From: Macrostomum hystrix
Lineage: Eukaryota; Animalia; Platyhelminthes
DNA: 64,000 nucleotides
Assembly (NCBI GenBank): GCA_950097015.1
Contig: CATNEN010000038.1
Span: forward strand, 8,432,001-8,496,000
Reading direction: 5' to 3'
Shown: one piece after another, positions 26,165-40,007 of the stretch
How positions within the stretch are numbered: position 1 is the stretch's first letter
How the letters are laid out: each line of letters starts with the position of its first letter
Position numbers and translations under genes: made by a program
The notes under the pieces: model-generated
What the model was told of the DNA's origin: nothing
The model's database searches: none
What the model saw: the letters and a program-made list of their open reading frames with translations, nothing else

Positions 26165-28839
26165 TTTTTATGAAGTTAAAAGTGGAGCTGCAATTTTTCG
26201 CTATTGTTTACGTAAATTCACATCACTTAAAATATATAATATAGCTCGATAATATACATCTAGAAAACAGGCTGAAACAAAAATTTGAGTGCATATTCAT
26301 ACACTAAATAAATTTGTATATTTTATATATCTATTCATATATTACATGAGTACATTAGTAAAAAATATAATATAGATTGCATTGTTTTCATAGTAAATTT
26401 CAATTGAAATTTAAATCACAGTATTGTAGATAATATTTAGTGGTATGGGATTCAGGCAACAATTAGTGATCTTGTGTCTGTCAACTCAAAACTGGATATA
26501 ATCACAAACAACAAACAAATCGATTATGACCCTTAATTAACTTTTGTTTTTTAAAGAGAAACATGAGATAAAATAGGCGAGTAATTTAAGTAAGTTGCTA
26601 AGGTTTTTCACTGTATATATTTCAAAATGAACTGCAAAGATACTACAATAATTTTATTTATTTATTGCTAGTGTATACCTTTTTCAGTGTTAACTACAAG
26701 ATCGCTAGTTTTAGACAAGGACCAAAGTTGAATAACTGTAGTACAGCTGGTTTTTTAGTTATCGAAATGTTAAACAGATAAAACCAAATGTGCTCGTGAT
26801 CTAAATCGATGTTTTAAAGCAAAGTGTATACAACAATATATTCAAAATGAAAAAGAAAATTTTCGCTTCTGTCAGGATTAACAAACTTTCTGTGGTTAAG
26901 TAGATTTTTAGATATTATTACCAAAATTAAAAAATATGTAGTAAATAAATACTTTTAGTGATGGACATTTAAGCATTATTATTTATTAGAAAATAAGTCC
27001 TGACGAGAGTGGCATTTTAAATTGTCTTTTGAGTCTACATTGTTTTAAAAATGATGTTACAGATCAGATTAGGCCTATGTCAAATTTAATCGGGCGCCTA
27101 TTGTACTCATATGCAGTAGTCTTCTAAATTTATATTTATATCCTGTATATATATTATAGTTACTATCGCACTATTATATCTTCATATCCCACCTATTCTA
27201 AATCTCTAAACTCTGAAGTCTGTCAGTGTCTGTCTGTTCATATTTACGTCGTTCCGCAGACTGAATGCCTAAACGAAAATTTATTGCGTTTTTCTAAACA
27301 TTCCTAATGTTTTTTGCATGAGAATTTAAGAACTCTGCTATTCTGCTGCAATTTTGAAGGGCTTAAATATTCGATGCTATAAATGCGAGGTCAAATAAGG
27401 TTCAATTCTTGACAATGTGAATGTCAATTCCACATTCCAGTACTGATTGCATTATGAATTCTAGCAAGATAGCTAGGCTTAACCTGTATTAATAATTGAA
27501 TACTATTTCTATCGACTAAAAATGTGCAGTGTGCATGGTGGTAAGTACAAAGAAGGTGAAAAAATTATCCATGCAGTGGTTTGTGTTTGTGTGTATTTTT
27601 TATAGGCAGTGCTTAGGCCCATTAATGCAGTCGTGTGCAAATAATGCCAACTTTATCCCCATAGATCCATATCAATTATGCTCACCTTATCTACATGGCA
27701 GTTTGCTAGAATAGGCCATCACATTGTACATATAGGCCAGCAGGTAGGCAGTTGATGGCAGGGTTTAACCCAGGCAGCTTCAGACCCTGGGAGAATAGAC
27801 TCAATCCCAGAGGTGACATCAGAGCACATGGTCATTAGGGCTAGGCCAACTTCCCCAGAAGTAATAGGGCCAATTTTCAAATAGGCCCTAGTGATGATTT
27901 TTAGGGCAAAATAAGTTATCAGAAAGAGTAAAGCATTAGGTTTAGGCCTCTAGGATGCACTTATGAATCCCACTACAATATTACTTGGTTTTAAACCTAG
28001 AGAACTAGGTTTAGGGTAGTTTTTTGCCACCCTTTATATCATTACATTAGGTGTCTCTTTTGTCAATCAACTTAGCTAACTTCAACTAAGATATATTTTA
28101 AATCATTGTTTTAAGTTGAAATTCCATATAGATGATGTAGTATATAACAGAGAACTGTTATCAAATGGATAACCAATGCTCTACTTACCAACTGTCTAGC
28201 AAATAATATACCAATAAAATTGTTTAGGTGACATTGATGTAGAAGTGTGTAGGTGCCACTGAGCTGTGAATGGTTGCCCTGCCAATTATTCTAGACCACC
28301 CCTTGAATATAAAGGCTAATAGTAACCATCTGTTTGCTTTAGGCCCCCCTAATAAAAAACGTAAAAATTAAATGAGAAATGAAAAGTAGGTTTAGAAAAA
28401 GCTAAATTACCTGAACAAAGTGCTATACATTGTGTGAAACCTTATAAAATCTATAACTGCTAGAAAAATCTATATGAAAGAAAGTGCTCTATTTAATGTA
28501 TGCACCTACATTTAAGATTCTAGTTTGAAATTTGAGCACTACTGCAGTTCAAACTGGCACCCATGCAGGTAGCTATTTCCTAAAATATCTTTAGATCAAT
28601 ATTGCATAGATGAAAAAGACTTAATCTTATCATCAAATCACCTCTAATGAACTCAGATAATTACATCCAATAAATAAGCTGCCATCAAAATAGTTTTTTC
28701 TTGATGCTTGCAAATCTCCAAGTTGTGTTTTAACAATATCTTTTTTCCTGGCTTGTATATCCAAAATACCGCAAACGTGCTAACTTTATTGCAGACAGAA
28801 TTTTTGCCTTGATCAGCACTCAGCTCATTGGCAGAAATC

Positions 28840-29968
28840 ATGGCAACTGCCGGAGATCCCTTCAACGAGTTCGTGTCTAAGCTGGCTGGCTCCATTGTGG
28901 TGCACCCGCTGACCTTCTCACGCATCCTCATCCAGCTAGGCTGGGAGCCGGAACCGCCCAGGCTGGGCCTCAATCTCTTCAGACGCCAGAAGTTTTTCTA
29001 TCCCAATATGTTCAAACACGTTGGCTGCGTTCGCGACGAGGTCGGCGGCATGATTCCGCTTTGGAGCACCGGCCTGCTAGCCAAGCTGGCCAGTCAGGTA
29101 GTCAGGGAGCTAGCCCTACGCGGCGTTGAGAAGGCCTGCGGCGGCGTCGGCGCCGGCAACGAGAAGAACTGGGAGCTGAAGGCTGTCAGCGTCAAGCAGC
29201 TGGCGGAGCGCTGCTGCTACTCCAGCGTTGGCCGGTCCGTGGCAGTGTTCGTTTCCTACCCACTGCACGCTGTCATGGTCCGCCAGATGGCCGCCGCCGT
29301 TTGTCACGACGCTGTCTACCGGGGCAACATTCTGTCCGTGATTCGCGAGATCTTCAAAGAGGAAGGCATTCAGGGCTTCTTCCGCGGCGTCACAGTTGCC
29401 ATCATTGGCGACCTGCTGGCCCTCTGGGGTATTTCCTTCATTGCCTACGCCTTCAACGAGCTGGTCTTTTCGGACCGAGCGCCACCCGATGTCAAGCAGG
29501 TGAGTGGCTCCGTACCCACCCTGCCTACACCACCCTACTCTACAGGCTTGTCCTGAAAGTCCTTAATTCATTGAAGGCCAGGGCCCCGTGCTATAGAACT
29601 TATAGCTAGGACCAGGGAGCTAGGAGCCTCCTAGCTAAATAATGTGTCCGTGCCGACAGATCCCTTATTTTAAATCGCATTACCATAATTATGTTCAATC
29701 AGATTAGTACGAATCCGCTTCCCAATTCGTCCAGGTGAGCCCGATGCTAGCATCATTCCTGGTGTCGTCCTTTACCTATCGCTACGGCGTGGTGTCCACC
29801 AACCTGTGCATCCGGGGCAGCTCCGGCCTGACCCTTTCTGTGCCCTACTCGAGCAGCGCCGAGTGCTGGCAGGCTCTGAAGTTGGCGGGTGGCCTGTCCC
29901 GCGGCGACAGCATGTTCTTCCGCATCGCTCCGCCCGGAGCAGCCGCCGTCAACGCCAGACGGCGTTGA
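28840..29968 (+). CDS. MTCH2: Mitochondrial carrier homolog (MTCH1/2-like), 2 exons, about 297 aa
   Basis: Exons 28840-29499 and 29735-29968. Motifs HPLTFSRILIQLGWEP, YPLHAVMVRQMA, IFKEEGIQGFFRG and LSRGDSMFFR are typical of MTCH. Confidence 0.88.
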
Positions 29969-30561
29969 GAAAAGTGACCGACAAATAACAATAGGAAAAC
30001 AATTTCTCTAGGAATTCTGCATAACTCGACAATATATATTTGCTTTAGTGCGCAGATGAATTTTTATCTTGATAATTTAATGTTTGTTAATCAATTAAAA
30101 CATTGATTAACTAATCAGGTTATTCAAGGCGATTAGCACCAAATTCTACGAGCCATAGGTTAGTATCTCGTAGTTATATTGGCATAGTTTTTATATTCTA
30201 GGCACTAGTTTACACGTAAAAATGTTTGACTAAAATATTATGTTTTATTATTCAAATAAATATAGTCAAGTAGAAGACTAATCCAATTGTTTACGGCTAA
30301 CGTACCACTTGACTGATTAAGGAAGTTCTCCTAAACGTAAGGCTCTGAACACTCGTGCTATTTATAGAACTCCTTGGATTAATTATAGCTGCTCGATGCT
30401 AACTCAATAAATGGTGTTCTTTTTGTCTGAGGAAGGCTTGGACATAGACTAATTCAAAGTCCACCTAACTTATGTGATGATAAGTGTATTCTTGAATTGG
30501 CAGTGGTGAACCGTCATATTCGAAATCGGCTTGTCATCCCGACGATAGCGCGCCAGTTGCC

Positions 30562-32057
30562 ATGGCAACCACTACAACGCAGCAGGAGAAAAGTGGCCTA
30601 CGCGGCGGGATAAACTATAATAAGTACAACAAATATCAACGCACAGTTGAGGTACAGGTGTTTCCGCAGAATCTGCGAGCCACTTGGGACGATACCGGTT
30701 GCCTTGTTTGCATGCTAATTACACTGGTGGCAGCTGTGTCTGTTTTCACTGTTTCCTTGTTCTACCTTCAGAAATTATTTGCTAATGAAGCGGAGATCAA
30801 CGCCTCGGAAACATTGGCACTGTTAGCTGAGACCAACTTTACCATCATCGCCATTTTCTGTGGCGGTATCATTCTAGGCTTCATTTTCATGTGCCTGTGC
30901 GGTATCAACACTCAGGTGAGCTCATGCTGGGGGAACTGCCGGTTATCCAGGCAATATTTAGGGAACTGCCGGTTATCCAGGCAATATTTAGGGAACTGCC
31001 GGTTATCCAGGCAATATTTAGGGAACTGCCGGTTATCCAGGCAATATTTAGGGAACTGCCGGTTATCCAGGCAATCTAAGGGAACTGCCGGTTATACAGG
31101 CAATATTTAGGGAACTGCCGGTTATCCAGGCAATATTTAGGGAACTGCCGGTTATCCAGGCAATCTTTAGGCAACTGCCGATTATCCAGGCAATATTTAG
31201 GGAACTGCCGGTTATCCAGGCAATATTTAGGGAACTGCCGGTTATCCAGGCAATCTTTAGGGAACTGCCGGAACTATCCAGACAATATTTAGGGAACTGC
31301 CGGAACTATCCAGACAATATTTAGGGAACTGCCGGTTATCCAGGCAATCTTTAGGGAACTGCCGGTTATCCAGGCAATATTTAGGGAAATGCCGGTTATC
31401 CAGGCAATATTTAGGGAAATGCCGGTTATCCAGGCAATATAAGGGAAATGCCGGTTATCCAGGCAATATTTAGGGAAATGCCGGTTATCCAGGCAATATT
31501 TAGGGAACTGCCGGTTATCCAGGCAATCTTTAGGCAACTGCCGATTATCCAGGCAATATTTAGGGAACTGCCGGTTATCCAGGCAATATTTAGGGAACTG
31601 CCGGTTATCCAGGCAATCTTTAGGGAACTGCTGGTTGTCCATGCAATCTTCAGGGAACTGCCGGTTGTCCATGCAATATTTAGGGAATCAGCCCCGTGGG
31701 CTCTAAAGAGGATAAACCACACTCGTGGGTCTATATCCCGCACTCGCAACGCTCCCGACCATTTAGTTGATGGCTGCCAGGAAGCGGCAGTTCGGGTCGC
31801 TGCGCAAGAACCGCATCCTGCTGTCCCTGATGCGCGGCCCTGACGCCTGGGACGAGCCATTGTTTCAGCGCCGGCTGCGCCAGCGAGATAAACGGCTTAA
31901 GCGGGTGCAGAAGACTGTTGTTGCGCGGCTAGAGGACTGGCTCGCCCTCCGAGAAGCCAGGGTCAAGCACCTCCAGGGAATGCGCGAGCGGATGATAAAG
32001 GAGCGCCTGAAAAGGGAGATGGAGTTAGACAAGGACGAGGGCTGCGTGATACTTTAA
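30562..32057 (+). CDS. Uncharacterised two-TM protein with basic coiled-coil tail and C-terminal CaaX (CVIL), about 214 aa
   Basis: Exon 30562-30915 ends CAG|GTGAG and exon 31767-32057 begins after TTTAG, in frame. The intron holds a 30-bp minisatellite. Two hydrophobic segments lie in exon 1. Confidence 0.7.
30930..31688. repeat. 30-bp intronic minisatellite
   Basis: Unit gggaactgccggttatccaggcaatattta. Confidence 0.95.
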
Positions 32058-32557
32058 GCCCTCGCATCTTACAAGTACTTCCAAACCAATAGCTGCGAGT
32101 TATTTCAAAAGTCGCTGAGCAATGTATATGAAGTATAATGTACCGTCCGGTATTGACAATAGGGCACGCAGCGGCGTCTGACAATCACGGACAGTATCAT
32201 TTACAATAACGAAATCCACGGTTTGCGACTACATGTATTTATTTTAATATAGAAAATATACAGAAATTAATTAGCCAGGTGTATAGCTTATTTACAGCTC
32301 TTATGCAGTTCATAAGCTCTGGAGACAGAGTACATGATCCGTGGACTGAGAGAAGCCCGAGTACACACGGTACACACCACCTCAATGTTTATCGAATTCT
32401 AATGTTAAGTATACTAGCTGGCGCATAATGGACGTAAATGTCTCAATGACAACTGACAAGCTACTTGCTCTACAATGAGATTCGAGTATCATATCTCCTG
32501 GTCAGAAATCCGAAGCTCTGGGATGAGACCTCTTAGAATTCGCACCTGGTAGAGTAT

Positions 32558-35500
32558 TGAGACTTGGATCTCACCTGAATTTAAACAATTGAGACTGGAA
32601 TCTCACCTGAATTTAAACAATTGAGACTGGAATCTCACCTGAATTTAAACAATTGAGACTCGAGTCTCAACTGAATTTAAACAATTGAGACTAGAATCTC
32701 ACCTGAATTTAAACAATTGAGACTGGAATCTCACCTGAATTTAAACAATTGAGACTCGAGTCTCACCTGAATTTAAGCAATTGAGACTCCAGTCTCACCT
32801 GAATTTAAACAATTGAGACTGGAATCTCACCTGAATTTAAGCAATTGAGACTCGAGTCTCACCTGAATTTAAGCAATTGAGACTCGAGTCTCACCTGAAT
32901 TTAAGCAATTGAGACTGGAATCTCACCTGAATTTAAACAATTGAGACTAGAATCTCACCTGAATTTAAACAATTGAGACTAGAATCTCACCTGAATTTAA
33001 ACAATTGAGACTAGAATCTCACCTGAATTTAAACAATTGAGACTAGAATCTCACCTGAATTTAAACAATTGAGACTGGAATCTCACCTGAATTTAAACAA
33101 TTGAGACTCGAGTCTCACCTGAATTTAAGCAATTGAGACTCCAGTCTCACCTGAATTTAAACAATTGAGACTGGAATCTCACCTGAATTTAAGCAATTGA
33201 GACTAGAATCTCACCTGAATTTAAGCAATTGAGACTCGAGTCTCACCTGAATTTAAGCAATTGAGACTCGAGTCTCACCTGAATTTAAGCAATTGAGACT
33301 GGAATCTCACCTGAATTTAAACAATTGAGACTAGAATCTCACCTGAATTTAAACAATTGAGACTAGAATCTCACCTGAATTTAAACAATTGAGACTAGAA
33401 TCTCACCTGAATTTAAACAATTGAGACTAGAATCTCACCTGAATTTAAACAATTGAGACTCGAGTCTCACTTGAATTTAAGCAATTGAGACTGGACTCTC
33501 ACCTGAATTTAAACAATTGAGACTCGAGTCTCACCTGAATTTAAACAATTGAGACTGGAATCTCACCTGAATTTAAACAATTGAGACTCGAGTCTCACCT
33601 GAATTTAAGCAATTGAGACTGGAATCTCACCTGACTTTAAACAATTGAGACTCGAGTCTCACCTGAATTTAAACAATTGAGACTCCAGTCTCACCTGAAT
33701 TTAAACAATTGAGACTGGAATCTCACCTGACTTTAAACAATTGAGACTAGAATCTCACCTGAATTTAAGCAATTGAGACTGGAATCTCACCTGACTTTAA
33801 ACAATTGAGACTAGAATCTCACCTGAATTTAAACAATTGAGACTCGAGTTTCAACTGAATTTAAACAATTGAGACTAGAACCTCACCTGAATTTAAACAA
33901 TTGAGACTCGAGTCTCACCTGAATTTAAGCAATTGAGACTGGAATCTCACCTGACTTTAAACAATTGAGACTAGAATCTCACCTGAATTTAAACAATTGA
34001 GACTCGAGTCTCAACTGAATTTAAACAATTGAGACTAGAACCTCACCTGAATTTAAACAATTGAGACTCGAGTCTCACCTGAATTTAAACAATTGAGACT
34101 CGAGTCTCACCTGAATTTAAAGAATTGAGACTCCAGTCTCACCTGAATTTAAGCAATTGAGACTGGAGTGGAATCTCACCTGAATTTAAACAATTGAGAC
34201 TAGAATCTCACCTGAATTTAAACAATTGAGACTAGAATCTCACCTGAATTTAAACAATTGAGACTAGAATCTCACCTGAATTTAAACAATTGAGACTAGA
34301 ATCTCACCTGAATTTAAACAATTGAGACTAGAATCTCACCTGAATTTAAACAATTGAGACTCGAGTCTCACTTGAATTTAAGCAATTGAGACTGGACTCT
34401 CACCTGAATTTAAACAATTGAGACTCGAGTCTCACCTGAATTTAAACAATTGAGACTGGAATCTCACCTGAATTTAAACAATTGAGACTCGAGTCTCACC
34501 TGAATTTAAGCAATTGAGACTGGAATCTCACCTGACTTTAAACAATTGAGACTCGAGTCTCACCTGAATTTAAACAATTGAGACTCCAGTCTCACCTGAA
34601 TTTAAACAATTGAGACTGGAATCTCACCTGACTTTAAACAATTGAGACTAGAATCTCACCTGAATTTAAGCAATTGAGACTGGAATCTCACCTGACTTTA
34701 AACAATTGAGACTAGAATCTCACCTGAATTTAAACAATTGAGACTCGAGTTTCAACTGAATTTAAACAATTGAGACTAGAACCTCACCTGAATTTAAACA
34801 ATTGAGACTCGAGTCTCACCTGAATTTAAGCAATTGAGACTGGAATCTCACCTGACTTTAAACAATTGAGACTAGAATCTCACCTGAATTTAAACAATTG
34901 AGACTCGAGTCTCAACTGAATTTAAACAATTGAGACTAGAACCTCACCTGAATTTAAACAATTGAGACTCGAGTCTCACCTGAATTTAAACAATTGAGAC
35001 TCGAGTCTCACCTGAATTTAAAGAATTGAGACTCCAGTCTCACCTGAATTTAAGCAATTGAGACTGGAGTGGAATCTCACCTGAATTTAAACAATTGAGA
35101 CTAGAATCTCACCTGAATTTAAACAATTGAGACTAGAATCTCACCTGAATTTAAACAATTGAGACTGGAATCTCATCTGAATTTAAACAATTGAGACTAG
35201 AATCTCACCTGAATTTAAACAATTGAGACTGGAATCTCATCTGAATTTAAACAATTGAGACTAGAATCTCACCTGAATTTAAACAATTGAGACTGGAATC
35301 TCACCTGAATTTAAGCAATTGAGACTGGAATCTCACCTGAATTTAAACAATTGAGACTGGAATCTCACCTGAATTTAAACAATTGAGACTAGAATCTCAC
35401 CTGAATTTAAACAATTGAGACTCGAGTCTCACCTGAATTTAAACAATTGAGACTGGAATCTCACCTGAATTTAAACAATTGAGACTGGAATCTCACCTGA

Positions 35501-38500
35501 ATTTAAACAATTGAGACTGGAATCTCACCTGAATTTAAACAATTGAGACTCGAGTCTCACCTGAATTTAAACAATTGAGACTGGAATCTCACCTGAATTT
35601 AAACAATTGAGACTGGAATCTTACCTGAATTTAAACAATTGAGACTGGAATCTCACCTGAATTTAAACAATTGAGACTGGAATCTCACCTGAATTTAAAC
35701 AATTGAGACTCGAGTCTCACCTGACTTTAAACAATTGAGACTGGAATCTCACCTGAATTTAAACAATTGAGACTCGAGTCTCACCTGAATTTAAACAATT
35801 GAGACTGGAATCTCACCTGAATTTAAACAATTGAGACTCCAGTCTCACCTGAATTTAAGCAATTGAGACTGGAATCTCACCTGAATTTAAACAATTGAGA
35901 CTCGAGTCTCACCTGAATTTAAGCAATTGAGACTCCAGTCTCACCTGAATTTAAACAATTGAGACTCGAGTCTCACCTGAATTTAAACAATTGAGACTAG
36001 AACCTCACCTGAATTTAAGCAATTGAGACTCGAGTCTCACCTGAATTTAAGCAATTGAGACTGGAGTGGAATCTCACCTGAATTTAAACAATTGAGACTA
36101 GAATCTCACCTGAATTTAAACAATTGAGACTAGAATCTCACCTGAATTTAAACAATTGAGACTGGAATCTCACCTGAATTTAAACAATTGAGACTAGAAT
36201 CTCACCTGAATTTAAACAATTGAGACTAGAATCTCACCTGAATTTAAACAATTGAGACTCGAGTCTCACCTGAATTTAAACAATTGAGACTAGAACCTCA
36301 CCTGAATTTAAACAATTGAGACTCGAGTCTCACCTGAATTTAAGCAATTGAGACTGGAATCTCACCTGACTTTAAACAATTGAGACTGGAATCTCACCTG
36401 AATTTAAACAATTGAGACTGGAATCTCACCTGAATTTAAACAATTGAGACTAGAATCTCACCTGAATTTAAACAATTGAGACTCGAGTCTCACCTGAATT
36501 TAAGCAATTGAGACTGGACTCTCACCTGAATTTAAACAATTGAGACTCGAGTCTCACCTGAATTTAAACAATTGAGACTGGAATCTCACCTGAATTTAAA
36601 CAATTGAGACTCGAGTCTCACCTGAATTTAAGCAATTGAGACTGGAATCTCACCTGACTTTAAACAATTGAGACTGGAATCTCACCTGAATTTAAACAAT
36701 TGAGACTCGAGTCTCACCTGAATTTAAGCAATTGAGACTCGAATCTCACCTGACTTTAAACAATTGAGACTCGAGTCTCACCTGAATTTAAACAATTGAG
36801 ACTCCAGTCTCACCTGAAATTAAGCAATTGAGACTGGAATCTCACCTGACTTTAAACAATTGAGACTAGAATCTTACCTGAATTTAAACAATTGAGACTC
36901 GAGTCTCAACTGAATTTAAACAATTGAGACTAGAACCTCACCTGAATTTAAACAATTGAGACTCGAGTCTCACCTGAATTTAAGCAATTGAGACTGGAAT
37001 CTCACCTGACTTTAAACAATTGAGACTCGAGTCTCACCTCAATTTAAAGAATTGAGACTCCAGTCTCACCTGAATTTAAGCAATTGAGACTGGAGTGGAA
37101 TCTCACCTGAATTTAAACAATTGAGACTAGAATCTCACCTGAATTTAAACAATTGAGACTAGAATCTCACCTGAATTTAAACAATTGAGACTGGAATCTC
37201 ACCTGAATTTAAACAATTGAGACTAGAATCTCACCTGAATTTAAACAATTGAGACTGGAATCTCACCTGAATTTAAGCAATTGAGACTGGAATCTCACCT
37301 GAATTTAAACAATTGAGACTGGAATCTCACCTGAATTTAAACAATTGAGACTGGAATCTCACCTGAATTTAAACAATTGAGACTCGAGTCTCACCTGAAT
37401 TTAAACAATTGAGACTGGAATCTCACCTGAATTTAAACAATTGAGACTGGAATCTCACCTGAATTTAAACAATTGAGACTGGAATCTCACCTGAATTTAA
37501 ACAATTGAGACTCGAGTCTCACCTGAATTTAAACAATTGAGACTGGAATCTCACCTGAATTTAAACAATTGAGACTGGAATCTTACCTGAATTTAAACAA
37601 TTGAGACTGGAATCTCACCTGAATTTAAACAATTGAGACTGGAATCTCACCTGAATTTAAACAATTGAGACTAGAATCTCACCTGAATTTAAACAATTGA
37701 GACTAGAATCTCACCTGAATTTAAACAATTGAGACTCGAGTCTCACCTGAATTTAAACAATTGAGACTAGAATCTCACCTGAATTTAAACAATTGAGACT
37801 CGAGTCTTACCTGAATTTAAACAATTGAGACTCCAGTCTCACCTGAATTTAAGCAATTGAGACTCCAGTCTCACCTGAATTTAAGCAATTGAGACTCCAG
37901 TCTCACCTGAATTTAAGCAATTGAGACTCCAGTCTCACCTGAATTTAAACAATTGAGACTCCAGTCTCACCTGAATTTAAGCAATTGAGACTGGAATCTC
38001 ACCTGACTTTAAACAATTGAGACTCGAGTCTCACCTGAATTTAAAGAATTGAGACTCCAGTCTCACCTGAATTTAAGCAATTGAGACTGGAATCTCACCT
38101 GACTTTAAACAATTGAGACTCGAGTCTCACCTGAATTTAAACAATTGAGACTGGAATCTCACCTGACTTTAAACAATTGAGACTCGAGTCTCACCTGAAT
38201 TTAAAGAATTAATTGAGACTCCAGTCTCACCTGAATTTAAGCAATTGAGACTGGAGTGGAATCTCACCTGAATTTAAACAGTTGAGACTGGAATCTCACC
38301 TGAATTTAAACAATTGAGACTGGAATCTCACCTGAATTTAAACAATTGAGACTGGAATCTCACCTGAATTTAAACAATTGAGACTGGAATCTCACCTGAA
38401 TTTAAACAATTGAGACTAGAATCTCACCTGAATTTAAACAATTGAGACTGGAATCTCACCTGAATTTAAACAATTGAGACTGGAATCTCACCTGAATTTA

Positions 38501-39040
38501 AACAATTGAGACTGGAAACTCACCTGAATTTAAACAATTAAGACTGGAATCTCACCTGAATTTAAACAATTGAGACTGGAATCTCACCTGAATTTAAACA
38601 ATTGAGACTGGAATCTCACCTGAATTTAAACAATTGAGACTGGAAACTCACCTGAATTTAAACAATTAAGACTGGAATCTCACCTGAATTTATACAATTA
38701 AGACTGGAATCTCACCTGAATTTAAACAATTGAGACTGGAATCTCACCTGAATTTTAACAGTTAAGACTGGAATCTCACCTGAATTTAAACAATTGAGAC
38801 TGGAATCTCACATGAATTTAAACAATTGAGACTGGAATCTCACCTGAATTTATACAATTAAGACTGGAATCTCACCTGAATTTAAACAATTGAGACTGGA
38901 ATCTCACCTGAATTTTAACAGTTAAGACTGGAATCTCACCTGAATTTAAACAATTGAGACTGGAATCTCACATGAATTTAAACAATTGAGACTGGAATCT
39001 CACATGAATTTGAACAATTGAGACTGGAATCTCACCAGAA
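32558..39040. repeat. 32-bp satellite array, about 6.5 kb and about 200 copies
   Basis: Unit gagact(g/c/a)ga(a/g)tctcacctgaatttaaacaatt. Confidence 0.98.
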
Positions 39041-39719
39041 TCTACATGTAGATTATGAAGACACGAATCTCGTCTTAAACACTTTATACTGATGGCAAAA
39101 AATTAAGTCCTTAAAAAACAAAAAGTGTTGATAGTCTGCTGCTGCTGCTCACTAAATAAGTGAGCGCCGTCGCAGACATGAAAATTTATCTTCAGTAGAA
39201 AAAAATGTAACTTAGGCACACTAGTATAGCTTTTTGCATTTTAGTTTCTCAAAACTAAATACTCGTATTTTTACTAAGAGTAGTACAGACGTGTAGAGTA
39301 TAGATGTCGCTTATCTTTCAGAAAAAAATAGAATAAATATAGTAAGAAACTACCATAGACTACTTAAGACAATAAAATGTACGCTTTTACAGACAGTTAT
39401 GGATTAAAATATCTCAAGCTGAAGTCCTTGTCAACACTTGCTGCTATCAGACAGAAGAAAGTTCTAAAAAATAGGATCAAAAAGCTACAGAGCACATAGT
39501 TTACTTACTCTGTAAAACTTAAAAGCAATTTGAGATTTGAGATTCGCAAACAAACCCGCCATAAAAATTCTAAAAAATTCTACACTTACGAGCATTCTTT
39601 GTCATAATGAAGAAGGATAACTATATTGATTCTGTGCAGGCACTCCTGCTTTGCTTTGATTGGCCAAGAAAATACGGCTGCTAATGCCTGATTGGTCGAC
39701 AGTGAAAAGCCTGCACAAT

Positions 39720-39872
39720 CCTATGATTGGGCGGCAGAGAAGTGCCTAGAACTCCCTCATTGGTCGGCAGCGAATAGCCAGCAAACCCTATGATTGGTTG
39801 GCAGCGAATAGCCAGCAAACCTATGATTGGTCGGCAGCGAATAGCCAGCAAACCCTATGATTGGTTGGCAGA
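39720..39872. repeat. About 33-bp repeat containing ATTGG (reverse CCAAT), downstream of the IMPDH stop
   Basis: Unit ctatgattggtcggcagcgaatagccagcaaac. Confidence 0.7.
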
Positions 39873-40007
39873 AGAATGACTGATCTAAAACGAAATGATC
39901 TACAACCTCTAAATGGCCTTACAAAAAGCTTTAAAAAAATAAAAAGCTAAAGCAAGCATCAAGCGTAAAAATAACGCATTCAGCCGGCCAGGACACTGAA
40001 TCCCAGT

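Noticed and set aside
32558-39040. CRISPR-like appearance of 32-bp palindromic repeats
   Set aside because: Units are head-to-tail with no unique spacers, there are no cas genes, and the context is eukaryotic.
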